A stretch of 64,000 nucleotides of DNA from Lingula anatina (taxonomy: Eukaryota; Animalia; Brachiopoda): the NCBI GenBank assembly GCA_051362555.1, contig CM120647.1, forward strand, positions 7,936,001 through 8,000,000. The letters are read 5' to 3'. The position numbers were made by a program, and so were the translations under genes. Under the pieces are notes generated by a model that saw only the letters and a list, made by a program, of their open reading frames with translations, was not told where the DNA came from and did no database searches. Numbering within the stretch: position 1 is the stretch's first letter; each line of letters starts with the position of its first letter. This document shows positions 49,778 to 63,464 of the stretch, one piece after another.

Positions 49778-51525
49778 GTTTAACTCAGCAGTATCCAGAA
49801 GAAAATTTCTTTTTGGAACATAAGTACACATAGGGCTTCTCTCCAGGTTGAGTCCTTTGGTTTGGTTTAGCCGTTGGTTATATAATATTTACACGTGTGA
49901 ATCACTACACATGGGTGTCCATTCACGGTCGCTGTGTTTGGACTATCCTTGTGGAAGCGAAGTTTAATTAATTTTTTGCAATCAAAAGTTGCAGCCTCGC
50001 CAGCCAAAAAAAATCTTGATGATATACAGCAAAGTTGTATAAGTCTATCCGTCCCCTTTTCGTCGCTTATTATTTTGGCAAACAAGGACAGATTCCAAAG
50101 AAGGAAACTATGCAAGTAAAAAGGGTGTTATACTATTCACCGATGCTATTATCTGACATCATTCGGGACAGGCCAAATTCCAATATATTCACCTGTCCAG
50201 TTCATGTCTTTTACTTCAGTTATTTTTCTATCAACAAGAAGTAATACAATGTTTTTTTCAATTTTCCACTTTCTAATTTATTACCACATTTCTTCATGTT
50301 TGACACGCCACACGTAAAAAGTGACATAATGAGATCAATATGTATCTAGACAGCATTTCATCGATCAGTATAACTGTAATTTTTTTAAACATTGCAACAG
50401 TATATATCTGTGATATCACCTCTGGTGTAAAACTGTTCGACTTTTTGGTGGCAACTGGCTTCAACATGGCGTATATTATATTTCCCCCCCAAAAAGAAAA
50501 AAAAAAAGCAACTTGGTGGTGGGGGGAGGAGAGAGATCGAGAGAGGAGGGGCTAAACTTTTTTTGGGTGGAAATTATTCAATTTTTTCCATGTAGATTAT
50601 ATGATGCATCCAAGATGAATGAATCTGTTTGAATGGTAATAATCCAATGTATTGCAGTGTATTGCGCAATTCAGTCACACCCGCAGAGCTGTCAAATGTA
50701 CAGACAAAAAGCAGAAATTAAATAACAATGCACAAAATAGGCTACTGTCAATTCTGATGCAAAAGTACATTATGCTTAACTGCAAATTCAACATCAAATT
50801 TTAATTATGCTCAACAGGTAATACCGATGTAAGTAAAATGTGTATCAAGCATTGAAAATGCCAGAATGAGAAAAATGAAAATATGATAACCCAATTGAGC
50901 TGGCTTTCTAATTTGAACAGCATGCCCATTCCTCAAAACCATACTAGTAATTTAGTTAAAAACAATAATAACTAACACAGTTTTCTTTTAATAAGATTTG
51001 AAGCAGTGAAAAAATATTTTTGTCAATTTTGATGTAACATTACATAATAAATTACAGAATAATTATCACCAATTTTTATTATTGACTATAAAAAGCATGG
51101 ATATGTGGAAATTTGATTACCATTCGGCTTTATGTCCATGGGAGATCCGAGTCCCACAATGAATATGCCAATACGATAATAATAAATATTTCACTAAAAT
51201 GTATAACTTCCAGAAAAAGAAGCCAATTAGACTGTTTTTCCAAGTCAGGCTCCATTTTAGTCCTGTGTTTCTTTTTTAAAAGTTTGACAATCATAAGTAA
51301 CATGGTTTTCCCATAATAGTCATCATGGCAGCAGCACCCAAAATTGTTTTCTTCTATTTTGATGCAATATTACATAATGCTTAACAGCATAATGACCATC
51401 AATTTTCAAAAATAAAATATACGTATCATGGATTTTCAGAAAATGTGACTAGCATGGGTCTTCAAGCCCGTGGAGGTTCTAAGCCACACCTTGAAAATGC
51501 CAATATGTGAAAAATCAAATTTTCA

Positions 51526-51565
<40 letters not shown>

Positions 51566-52266
51566 TGCCAGAAATACTTACCAAACAGACTGCATTGCCT
51601 ACTGAAGCTGTATTTTAGTCCCATGTTTCTTTTCTGCAAGTTTGAGAACAGTAAGTGACATGGATTTCCTTAAATGGTCATCATGGGAGCAGTGCCCAAA
51701 ATAGGGGTTTCTTCAAATTTTGATGCAACATTACATAATGTTTAACAGCATAACGACCATCAATTTTTTATGATAAAATATTAGTATCATGGACATTCAG
51801 AAAACGTGACTAGCAAAGGTCTTCAGCACCATGGGACTTTAAAGTCACACCTTGAAAATGCCAAAATGTAAACAAGACAGCACTGTTCTGAAATAGGTTT
51901 ATTTACATAGATCAACTAAAAAAATTGATGAGATTTTTTTTAACCTTGCAAAATGTCCCTTATTCTACCTCCTTCATTCAAGATTTAAAAAACAATGTGT
52001 ATTAACGTCCTTCCTTACTTTCTAATGTAAACACTATAACACTATGACCAGTTTTAAGGTAAAAAATCAATGAAATGAAAATGAATGAAATATCATCTAT
52101 TACTTCAGTTAATTCTCTATCAACAAGAAGCTATTTGATAAATCATTAATTTTTCACTTTAAATTATTTACCCACATCTGAATGCATGAGGACTTATAAC
52201 TAATAGGTTAGATCAGTGCATCTCAGATTACTCAGATATCATTTTATGTCTTCCTACACATTAATT

Positions 52267-53464
<1,198 letters not shown>

Positions 53465-55355
53465 TTAAAATATTTTTACGTGAGAATCACTACACAATAC
53501 ATACATGGGTGTCAATTCACGGTCGCAAAAAAAATCTTGATGATATACAGCAGAGTTGCATAAGTCTATCCGTCCCCTTCATGTCGATTAATTATTGTGG
53601 CAAACAAGGACAGACACCAAAAGGGAACTATGCAAGTAAAAAGGATTTATACTATTCACCGATGCTATTTATTTGATATTATTCAGGACAGGCCACATTC
53701 CAATTCACCTGTTCAAATCACATCTTTTATTTCAGATATTTTTTATCAACAAGAAGTAATACAACGATTGGGCCCCTGGTTATTTTTAGTATTTTGGAGA
53801 GAAAACCGTGCCCTTTGTTAAGAACTATGATTTAACTAGTCAAATTTCTAATTTCAAGGGGGGGGGGGGGTACTGGTGCGATCTGTCTTAATCGCAGATA
53901 AATAATGCACCATAATCTTTTATTCAGGCACTGCTCAATTTGTTGAATTATTGGGAATTAAGAGCATAGTGTTCAGATCATCATAGTCGCCTTCCCCTCC
54001 CACAAAATTTACAATTTACGACCTAAGGTTCTAATCCTCTCGCTCATGACTGGACATTTTGGCCGAGGTTTTCTCTCGGAAATGTATATTTTTGTAAGTT
54101 TATTTCTTTAATACTTACAATCATTACAGCATAAGTATACATGTGTTTATATACACACATACTAAAGCATGTGCACCTGTATACATACATGAGCATACCC
54201 ACACATACACACACACTCGTACTTAACTGTAAAGCTATTTGTTGCAGTTTATAGTGGTCAAGAACTGTACTGATATTTTAATAAGTATATAAAAGGTAAC
54301 AGTGATAATTCACTTACTTTATAATATTGTTATTAACATAGTAGCTTGCAGAAGTTTATATACATAACATGTGTAAAGGCAGATTATTTAGAATAAAATA
54401 TTTGTAGAAGAAACAATTACGCTGTTTATACCAGGTAAGTGTTTCTTCTAAGCACTCAAGACTGTTTCAGTTTTATCTATCAAAAGAATGTTTTAGTGTG
54501 GTACATATTCATACTCCATCACGTGATTGGTTGTTGAGATGATAGAACTGTATGTGAGTACATACTCGTATATTAAACTGTCAGATTTGACTACAAGGTG
54601 GATGCATATATTCATAACAATGATTGAGTAAGCATATATTAATACATTGCTGAGGTTCATGTCCAGCACCACATGTACCAGATATCTATAAATAAACCTT
54701 CTCTCGGAAATGTAGTTATGTCATAATGACCACTCTCATCTTAATATTCATGTAATCATTCAAGTTTTGTAATCAACTTTCTGTTATTGCACCAAAATGG
54801 ACAAAATAACCTGCTTTGTTCAATTTTATTTTCTGCTTTATTTGTAAGGAAATTTGACAGTTTTGCAGCGTTTTTTATAAGTTTACCTTTATTGTTGCGT
54901 TTTGGCTAAAAAAAGCAAAAAAAAAAAAAAAAAAAAAAAAATCCTAGTGCTAACCCTGACATGATGGATCATTAACCTGAGATAAATGAAGTGTTTTCCC
55001 TTTAAAGTCTTAAAGACTGTGAAGCATGATTTTTTTCAACCTCGCAAAATGTCCCTTATTCTACCTCCTTCATTCAAGATTTAAAGAACAATGTGCATTA
55101 AGGTCCTTCCTTACTTTCTAATGTATACACTATGATATAGATCAGTTTTTAGGTTTAAAAAATAAATGACTTGAAAATGAAAGAAATCTCATCTGATACT
55201 TCAGTTAATTCTCTATCAACAAGAAGCCAAGTGACGAATCACTTTTTTTTCACATTAAATTTTTTACCCATATCTTAATGCATGAGAACCTAAACTAATA
55301 AGTTAGATCAGTGCATCTCAAATGTCTCAGACATCATTTTATGTCTTCCTAGACA

Positions 55356-56954
55356 TTATGCATCAGCGTCTGCAAAAACATTTCTAAACATTGCAACAGG
55401 GTATATAACAGGTCCTTCTCCTGGAGCAACATCATCTTTCAACTCCTTTTTGATTGTGGCTTCAAAACAAAAAACCCTTTGTTCTCTTGTCGCTGTATCT
55501 GAATCCTCACCTTCAAATTCCTTCTTGGACTGAAGAGAAGAAACATTCTCACTAAAGCCCTTTTCAAAATATTGCCATTTGAGTGATTTTTCTCCAGTGT
55601 GGCTTCTTTCGTGCCGTGTACAGTTACTTTTCACATTAAAACTCTTTTCACAATACTGGCACTTAAAAGGTTTTACTCCAGTGTGGATCCTTTCATGCTG
55701 TGTACAGTTGGTTTTCTCCTTAAAACTCTTTTCACAATACTGGCATTTGAATGGCTCTTCCATAGTATGGGTCCTTTCATGCGACATGCAAGTACTTTTT
55801 TTCGTAAAACTCTTTTCACAATACTGGCATTTGAATGGTCTTTCTCCAGTGTGAGTCCTTTCATGTATTTTACAGTAGCGTCTCCCAATAAACTTCCTTT
55901 CACAATACTGGCATTTGAATGGTTTTTCTCCAGTGTGAGTCCTTTCATGTGTTATACAGTGGCGTCTCTCAATAAACCTCTTTTCACAATACTGACATTT
56001 GAATGGTTTTTCTCCAGTGTGGATCCTTTCATGTAATAAACACTTATTTTTTTCAATAAACCTTTTTTCACAATACTGGCATTTGAAGGGTTTTTCCCCA
56101 GTGTGGGTCTTTTCATGTTGTACACATCCGGGTTTGTTTTTAAAACTTTTTTCACAATACTGACATTTGAATAGTTTCTCTATAGTGTGTTCCCATTCAT
56201 GTCTTGTACATTGACTTTCTGTATCAAAATTCTTTTCACAATACTGACATTTGAATAGTTTCTCTGCAGTGTGTTCCCATTCATGTCTCCTACACTGACT
56301 TTCTGTATCAAAACTCTTTTCACAATACTGACATTTGAATGGTTTTTCTCTAGAGTGGGTCCCTTCATGCTGTATACAGTTGCCTTTCTCGCCAAAACTC
56401 TTTTCACAGTGCTGGCATTTAAAAGGTTTTTCTCCAGTGTGTGTCCTTTCATGTCTTGTGCGTTTACTTTTTGTAATAAAACTCTTTATACAATACTGAC
56501 ATTTGAATGGTTTTTCTCCAGTGTGGGTCCTTTCATGGTCCATATATTTATTTATCTCACTAAACCTCTTTTCACAATACTGGCATTTGAAAGGTGTCTC
56601 TGCAGTGTGATCCCATTCATGTCTTGTACAGATACTTTTTGTACCAAAACTCTTTTCACAGTACTGACATTTAAATGGTTTTACTCCAGTGTGGGTCCCT
56701 TCGTGCTGTTTACATGTGTCTTTCGCACCAAAACTTTTTTCACAGTGCTGGCATTTGAAAGGTTTTTCTCCAGTGTGTGTCCTTTCATGTCTTGTGCGTT
56801 TACTTTTTGCAGTAAAACTCTTTTCACAATACTGACATTTGAATGGTTTCACTTTAGTGTGAGTTCTTTCGTGTACCGGGGGTCCATGTACATGTAGTAT
56901 ACCTGCGCCATTTTGTAACTCCAACACGGTTTTCTTAAAATTTGGTATTTCCAT
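55356..56954 (-). CDS. C2H2 zinc-finger protein, copy 3 (15 fingers)
   Basis: Intact ORF with the same N- and C-termini as copy 1. Confidence 0.9.
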   Translation of the reverse strand: MEIPNFKKTVLELQNGAGILHVHGPPVHERTHTKVKPFKCQYCEKSFTAKSKRTRHERTHTGEKPFKCQHCEKSFGAKDTCKQHEGTHTGVKPFKCQYCEKSFGTKSICTRHEWDHTAETPFKCQYCEKRFSEINKYMDHERTHTGEKPFKCQYCIKSFITKSKRTRHERTHTGEKPFKCQHCEKSFGEKGNCIQHEGTHSREKPFKCQYCEKSFDTESQCRRHEWEHTAEKLFKCQYCEKNFDTESQCTRHEWEHTIEKLFKCQYCEKSFKNKPGCVQHEKTHTGEKPFKCQYCEKRFIEKNKCLLHERIHTGEKPFKCQYCEKRFIERRHCITHERTHTGEKPFKCQYCERKFIGRRYCKIHERTHTGERPFKCQYCEKSFTKKSTCMSHERTHTMEEPFKCQYCEKSFKEKTNCTQHERIHTGVKPFKCQYCEKSFNVKSNCTRHERSHTGEKSLKWQYFEKGFSENVSSLQSKKEFEGEDSDTATREQRVFCFEATIKKELKDDVAPGEGPVIYPVAMFRNVFADADA

Positions 56955-57835
56955 GTTTACCACAGCAGTATCTCGAAGAGAATTTCTTTTTAGAACACTA
57001 GTATACAGATGGCTTCTCTCCAGTTTTAGTCCTTTGGTTTGATTTAGCCGTTGGGTTATAAGTTAAAATATTCATGGGTGTCAATTCACGGTCGCTGTGC
57101 TTTGGATCATCCTTGTGGAGGCCAGGTTAAGTTAATTTTTTTGCAATCAAATGTTGCAGCCTCGCCAGCCAAAAAGTCTTGATGATATACAGCAGAGTTG
57201 CATAAGTCTATCCGTCCTCTTTTCGTCGCTTATGTGGCAAACAAGGGCAGACTCCAAAGAAAGAAATTATGCAGGCAAAAAGGGTATTATACTATTCACC
57301 GATGTTATTTATCTGGCATTATTCGAGACAGGCCACGTTCCAATTCACCTGCCCAGTTCACGCCTTTTACTTTAGTTATTTTTCTATCAACAAGAAGAAA
57401 TACAATGATTGATTCAATTTTCCACTTTCTAATTTATTACCACATTGCTTCATGTTTGACACGCCACATGTAAAAAGTGACATATTGAGATCAATGTATC
57501 TTATATATCCTAGACATTTCATTGATCAGTAAAACTGCAATTTTTTTAAACATTGCAACAGGATATATCTGTGATATTACCTCTGGCGTAAAACTGTATG
57601 ACTTTTAGGTGGCAACTGGCTTCAAAACATGGCATATATGTCCCCCCAAAAAGATAAACAAGGCAGCAAAGCTGTCAAATGTACAGACAAAAAGCAGGAA
57701 ATAACTATGCACAAAATAGGCTACTGTCAATTCTGATGCAAAAGTACATTATGTTAAACTGCAAATTCAACATCAAATTTTAATTATGCTCAACAGGTAA
57801 TACCAATGTAAGAAAAATGTGTAACAAGCATAAGG

Positions 57836-58520
57836 CTTCAGGCCCATGGGAGTTCAAGTTCACACTTTGAAAATGTATAACTTCCAGAAAAAGAAGCCAA
57901 TTAGACTGCTTTTCCAACTCAGGCTGCATTTTAGTCCTGTATTTCTTTTCTGAACGTTTGGCAATCATCAGTAACATGGTTTTCCCATAATGGTCATCAT
58001 GGCAGCAGCACCCAAAATTGTGTTTTCTTCTATTCTGATGCAATATTACATAGTGGTTAACAGCATAATGACCGTCAGTTTTTAATAATAAAATATACGT
58101 ATCATGGATTTTCAGAAAATGTGACTAGCATGGGTCTTCAAGCCCATGGAACTTCAAAGTCACACCTTGAAAATGCCAATATGTAAAAATTAAATTTTCA
58201 CAAAAAAAAAACTGTTTAACTAGCAGAAAGAATTACCAAACAGACTGCATTGCCTACTGAAGCTGTATTTTAGTCCCATGTTTCTTTCCTGTAAGTTTGA
58301 GAACAGTAAGTGACATGATTTTTCTTAAATGGTCATCATGGGAGCAGTGCCCAAAATATTTTTTTCCAAATTTTGATGCAATATTACATAACGTTTAACA
58401 GCATAATGACCATCAATTTTTAATAATAAAATATTAGTATTATGGATATTCAGAAAATGTGACTAGCAAAGGTCTTCAGGCCCATGGAACTTCAAAGTCA
58501 CAACTTGAAAATGCCAAAAT
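57836..58520. repeat. ~300-340-bp degenerate tandem subunits (also at ~51130-51870)
   Basis: cttca(g/a)gcccatgg..ttcaa..tcaca..ttgaaaatg recurs at ~57836, 58136, 58474. Confidence 0.75.
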
Positions 58521-59328
58521 GTAAACAAGACAGCACTGTTCTGAAATGTTTTTTTTTTCCATTTTTAACACTTTTTTTAACATAAAACAAAATTAACAGT
58601 TTACTGCCATTTTTATATGATCAACTAAGAAAATTGATGAGATGTGAAAAATATCAATAGAACAGTGTCAAATGTCCAATTTCCTCCATTCTGAGTTTCT
58701 GAACATAGTGAATGATTGAATCTTACAAACTGCAATGATATGAGTTTATTTCCATTTTTGACACCTTATTACACAATACAGGATTACAAGTTTACCATCA
58801 TTTTTACGTAATCAACTAACAATGTTGTAAAGATGCAGGAAATGTCAAACAAACACTTTTACATATCTTATTAATTAAATAATGAGACTGTTAACATGCC
58901 TAAGAATTGAATCTGAGGAAATGTGAAACAAGACAGCACTATTCTGAAATGGGTTTATTTCCATTTTTAACACTTTTTTAACATAAAACAAAATTAACAG
59001 TTTACTGCCATTTTTATATGATCAACTAAGAAAATTGATGAGATGTGAAAAATATCAATAGAACAGTGTCAAATGTCCAATTTCCTCCATTCTGAGTTTC
59101 TGAACATAGTGAATGATTGAATCTTACAAACTGTAATGATATGTGTTTATTTCCATTTTTGACACTTTATTACACAATACACGATAACAAGTTTACCATC
59201 ATTTTTACAAAATCAACTAACAATGTTGTAAAGATGCAGGAAATGTCAAACAAAAACTTTTACGTATCTTATTAGTTTAATAATGAGACTGTTAACATGC
59301 CTAAGAACTGAATCTGAGGAAATGTGAA
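58521..59328. repeat. ~403-bp tandem duplication
   Basis: aaacaagacagcact...ctgaggaaatgtgaaa occurs twice with high identity. Confidence 0.88.
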
Positions 59329-59616
59329 AAATATGCTGAAAAGTGAAAAAACAGCATAACTTCTACAATAATGGCCCGATCATGCTGATTTTCGAACTTG
59401 ACCTGCGTTTTATGAATATTCATCAGCTCTGTAAATATAAAGCCAAAAAATAAAACTGCCCTCCACTTATCGTGTTTACAAGGAAAGTGCACGGCGCCGG
59501 CATCGCCATCGCCATCGGCATCGCCATCGCCATCGGCGACGGCGACGACAGACGCAGGTGATGGCAATATGTACAGACACATCTGTGTCTGTACATAAAA
59601 AAAGCAACTTGGGGGG

Positions 59617-59656
<40 letters not shown>

Positions 59657-60644
59657 AGGGGCCAAACTTTTTTTTTGGTGGAAATGATCCCATATTTCCT
59701 TGTAGATTATATGATGTATCCAAGCTGAACGAATCCTTTCAATCAGAAAAATTATGAATTTTACAGGTATTGTATTAAGTCATTTTTTAAAGTTATAACA
59801 TTCCTCTTTAATGATATCAACAAAACCACTAAACAGCGACTACATGTTGTACCTTACAGTTCTGTTATATAAGGAAAAAGCACTACAGATGCTATAAATA
59901 GATATATCTTTTGATGATTTTTAAAACTTTTCTCCTTCTATGGCATGTGAAATACTATTAGTCTTTCCTCATTGAAAAGATTGATTCCTTAACATATATT
60001 TTTTGTAGCAGTAATTACTGGCAAAATTTTATACATGCGCAAATGTTGCATATGACGAGAAGGTACATTTAATCCAAAACACTCCAAAACCCAATAAAGC
60101 CTTTGAAACTGGGAATTTGTCTTAATCCCAGATAAATAATGCACCATAATCTTTTGTACAGGCACTGCTCAATTCGTTGAATTATTGGGAAATAAAAGCA
60201 GTGTTCAGAGCATCCCTCCCACAAAATTTACAATTTAAGACCCAAGGTTCTAATCCTATCGCTCATGCCTGGGCCGAGGTTTTCTCTCGGAAATGTAGTT
60301 ATGACCATTCTCATCCTTTTGTCTTAATATTCATATAATCATTCAAGTCTTGTAATCAATTTTCTGTTATTGTAATATTCCGTTATTAACGTCCTTCCTT
60401 ATTTTCTAATGTATACACTATGACATAGATCAGTTTTTAGGTTTAAAAAATAGATGACTTGAAAATGAAAGAAATCTCATCTGATACTTCAGTTAATTCT
60501 CTATCAACAAGAAGCCAAGCGATGAATCACTGTTTTTTCACATTAAATTCTTTACCCATATCTTAATGTATGAGAACTTACAACTAATAAGTTAGATCAG
60601 TGCATCTCAAATGTCTCAGATATCAATTTATGTCTTCCTAGACA

Positions 60645-61190
60645 TTATGCATCAGCATCTGCAAAAACATTTCTAAACATTGCAACAGGGTATATAACAG
60701 GTCCTTCTCCTGGAGCAACATCATCTCTCACTTCCTTTTTGACTTCTGCTTCATTACGAAGTGTGTGGTTCCATTCATGAAGTACACATCCATGTCTGCT
60801 TTTAAAGCTCTTTTCACAATACTGGCATTTGTATGGCCTTTCTCCAGTGTGTGTCCGTTCATGTCTTGTACATAAACTTTTTGTAATAAAACTTTTTTCA
60901 CAATACTGACATTTGAATGGTTTTTCTCCAGTGTGGATCCTTTCGTGGTCTCTACATGCGCTTTTCTCGAGAAATCTCTTTTCACAATGCAGGCATTTAT
61001 GTGGTTTTTCTCCAGTGTGTGTCTTTTCATGATATGTACGTTTACCTTTCGTAATAAAACTCTTTTCACAATACTGACATTTGAATGGTTTCACTCCAGA
61101 GTGAGTTCTTTCTTGTACCGAGGTTTCATGTAGTATACCCGCGCCATTTTGTAACTCCAAATCGGTTTTCTTAAAATTTGGCATTTCCAT
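60645..61190 (-). CDS. C2H2 zinc-finger protein, copy 4 (4 fingers)
   Basis: Intact ORF with conserved termini. Confidence 0.85.
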   Translation of the reverse strand: MEMPNFKKTDLELQNGAGILHETSVQERTHSGVKPFKCQYCEKSFITKGKRTYHEKTHTGEKPHKCLHCEKRFLEKSACRDHERIHTGEKPFKCQYCEKSFITKSLCTRHERTHTGERPYKCQYCEKSFKSRHGCVLHEWNHTLRNEAEVKKEVRDDVAPGEGPVIYPVAMFRNVFADADA

Positions 61191-61760
61191 GTTTAATCCA
61201 GCAATATCAAGCAGAATTTTCTTCTTAGAACATCAGTTCATGAGTGGCTTCTCTCTCTAGGTTGAGTATTTTCGTTTGGTTTAACCACTGATTATTTAAG
61301 TTATAATATCTGTACGTGTAAATCACTATACATATACGGGAGTGTCAATTCACGGTCGCTGTGCTTTGGATAATCCTTGTGGAGGCGAAGTTAAATTAAT
61401 TTTTTGCAATCAAATCTTGCACCCTCACCAGCCACAAAATGCTTGATGATATACAGCAGAGTTGGATAAGTCTATCCGTCCACTTATCCTCCTCTCACCG
61501 TCGCTTATTCTGGCAAACAGACAAAGAAATGCAAGAAGAAGAAAGGTGTTATACTATCCACCGATGCTATTGATCTGACATTATTCGGGACGGGCCACAT
61601 TACAATTCGCCTGTCTTTTATTTCAGTTATTTTTCAATCAACAAGAAGTAATACAATGCTTGATTCAATTTTCCACTTTAAATTATTACCTCAATTTTTA
61701 TGTTTGACATGCCACAAGAAACAAGCGATATAATGAAATCAGTGTATCTTATATATCCTA

Positions 61761-61983
61761 GACCCCATTCCCATAGATTTTAGATAAATTTATCCCTGTT
61801 GGGAGTCTCACAAGATTACTGTCAGCTTAGCCGGCTGAAGCATCTGTCCTGCTACTAAAAGCTGTAAAGGGGTAATTAAGTATGGTGCACGCTTGGCTGA
61901 CTGCAATTAACATGAACCCCCAGGGAATTAGGTCGATCTAAATCTAAATCTCTGGATCGATAATAAGTTCTGGGAATGCACCC
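61761..61983. mobile_element. PIF/Harbinger-like MITE
   Basis: Reverse-oriented homolog of the 44494 copy; TSD cta; empty paralogous site at ~57510. Confidence 0.85.
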
Positions 61984-62046
61984 CTAGACATCATTTCATC
62001 AGCAACTGCAATTTTTTTTTCCGCATTGCAACTGCCAAGGATATAT

Positions 62047-62212
62047 CAAGGGGCGGATTGAGGCTGTCTTCTGGGTCTCCTGGAAGATGATCAGATTGTC
62101 AAGTTAACATTGATGGGTGTCCAATTTTCACAGTTGGAAAATGGTCAAAAGTGGAAGAAGGATCAACAAAGGTAACTTGGAAGACTGTCAGAAAATATCT
62201 CTGGATATCCTC
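62047..62212 (-). mobile_element. CAGGGG-TIR MITE, copy 5 (degenerate)
   Basis: Homologous to 37891-38058. Confidence 0.75.
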
Positions 62213-62912
62213 ATCCTCTTGTCTTAATATCCATGTAATCCTTCAAGTATTGTAATCAATTTTCCTTTCTTGCATCAAAATTGACAAAATAACCTGCTCT
62301 GTGCACTTTTATTTTCTGCTTTTTTTTTTTTTTTTTGGCCAGTACATTTGACAGTTTTGCAGTTTTTTTAAAATTTATTGATTTATTTTCATTTTTACTT
62401 ATAAGACCACCCTCATTGGTGCAATTTGTCTAAAAAAATCCCATATATGTAAAAAAAAAAAAAAATCAAATATTTGCTGAAGGAACATTAAAAAAAAAAG
62501 GCAAAAAAAATCAAAAAATCGTAGTGCTACCCCTGACATGATGGATCATTAACCTGAGATAAATGAAGTGTTTTCCCTGTGAAGTCTTATAGACTCTGAA
62601 GCATGAACTTTTTCAACCATGCAATATGTCCTTTATTCTACCTCCTTCATTCAAGATTTAACAGTGTGTAAAATGTCCATCCTTACTTTCTAATGTATGC
62701 ACTATGACATACACCAGTTTTTCGGTGAAAAATCAACGAAATGAAAATTAATGAAATATCATCTATAACCTCAATTAATTCTCTATCAACATGAAGCCAT
62801 TTGATAAATCGTTTTTGTTACTTTATTTACCCACATTTGAATGCATGAGAACTTATAACTAATAGGTTAGATCAGTGCATCTCAAATTACTCAGATATCA
62901 TTTTATGTCTTC

Positions 62913-63464
62913 CTAGACATTATGCATCCCAGCATCTGCAAAAACGTTTCTAAACATTGCAACAGGGTATATAACAGGTCCTTCTCCTGGAGCAACATCA
63001 TCTTTCAATTCCTTTTTCACTTCTGCTTCATTACGAAGTGTGTGGTTCCATTCATGAAGTACACATCCATGTCTGCTTTTAAAGCTCTTTTCACAATACT
63101 GGCATTTGTATGGCCTTTCTCCAGTGTGTGTCCGTTCATGTCTTGTACATAAACTTTTTGTAATAAAACTATTTTCGCAATACTGACATTTGAATGGTTT
63201 TTCTCCAGTGTGGGTCCTTTCGTGGTCTCTACATCCCCTTTTCTCAAGAAATCTCTTTTCACAATGCTGGCATTTATGAGGTTTTTCTCCAGTGTGTGTC
63301 TTTTCATGATATGTACGTTTACCTTTGGTAATAAAACTCTTTTCACAATACTGACATTTGAATGGTTTCACTCCAGAGTGAGTTCTTTCTTGTGCCGAGG
63401 TTTCATGTAGTGTACCTGCGCCATTTTGTAAATCCACGGTTTTCTTAAAATTTGGCATTTCCAT
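62913..63464 (-). CDS. C2H2 zinc-finger protein, copy 5 (4 fingers)
   Basis: Closest to copy 4; a 2-bp insertion just before the stop changes the end to DAGMHNV. Confidence 0.85.
   Translation of the reverse strand: MEMPNFKKTVDLQNGAGTLHETSAQERTHSGVKPFKCQYCEKSFITKGKRTYHEKTHTGEKPHKCQHCEKRFLEKRGCRDHERTHTGEKPFKCQYCENSFITKSLCTRHERTHTGERPYKCQYCEKSFKSRHGCVLHEWNHTLRNEAEVKKELKDDVAPGEGPVIYPVAMFRNVFADAGMHNV

Noticed and set aside
59301-59723. 140-aa minus-strand ORF with DGDADG repeat
   Set aside because: Derived from (GA)n and (GCCATC)n simple repeats.
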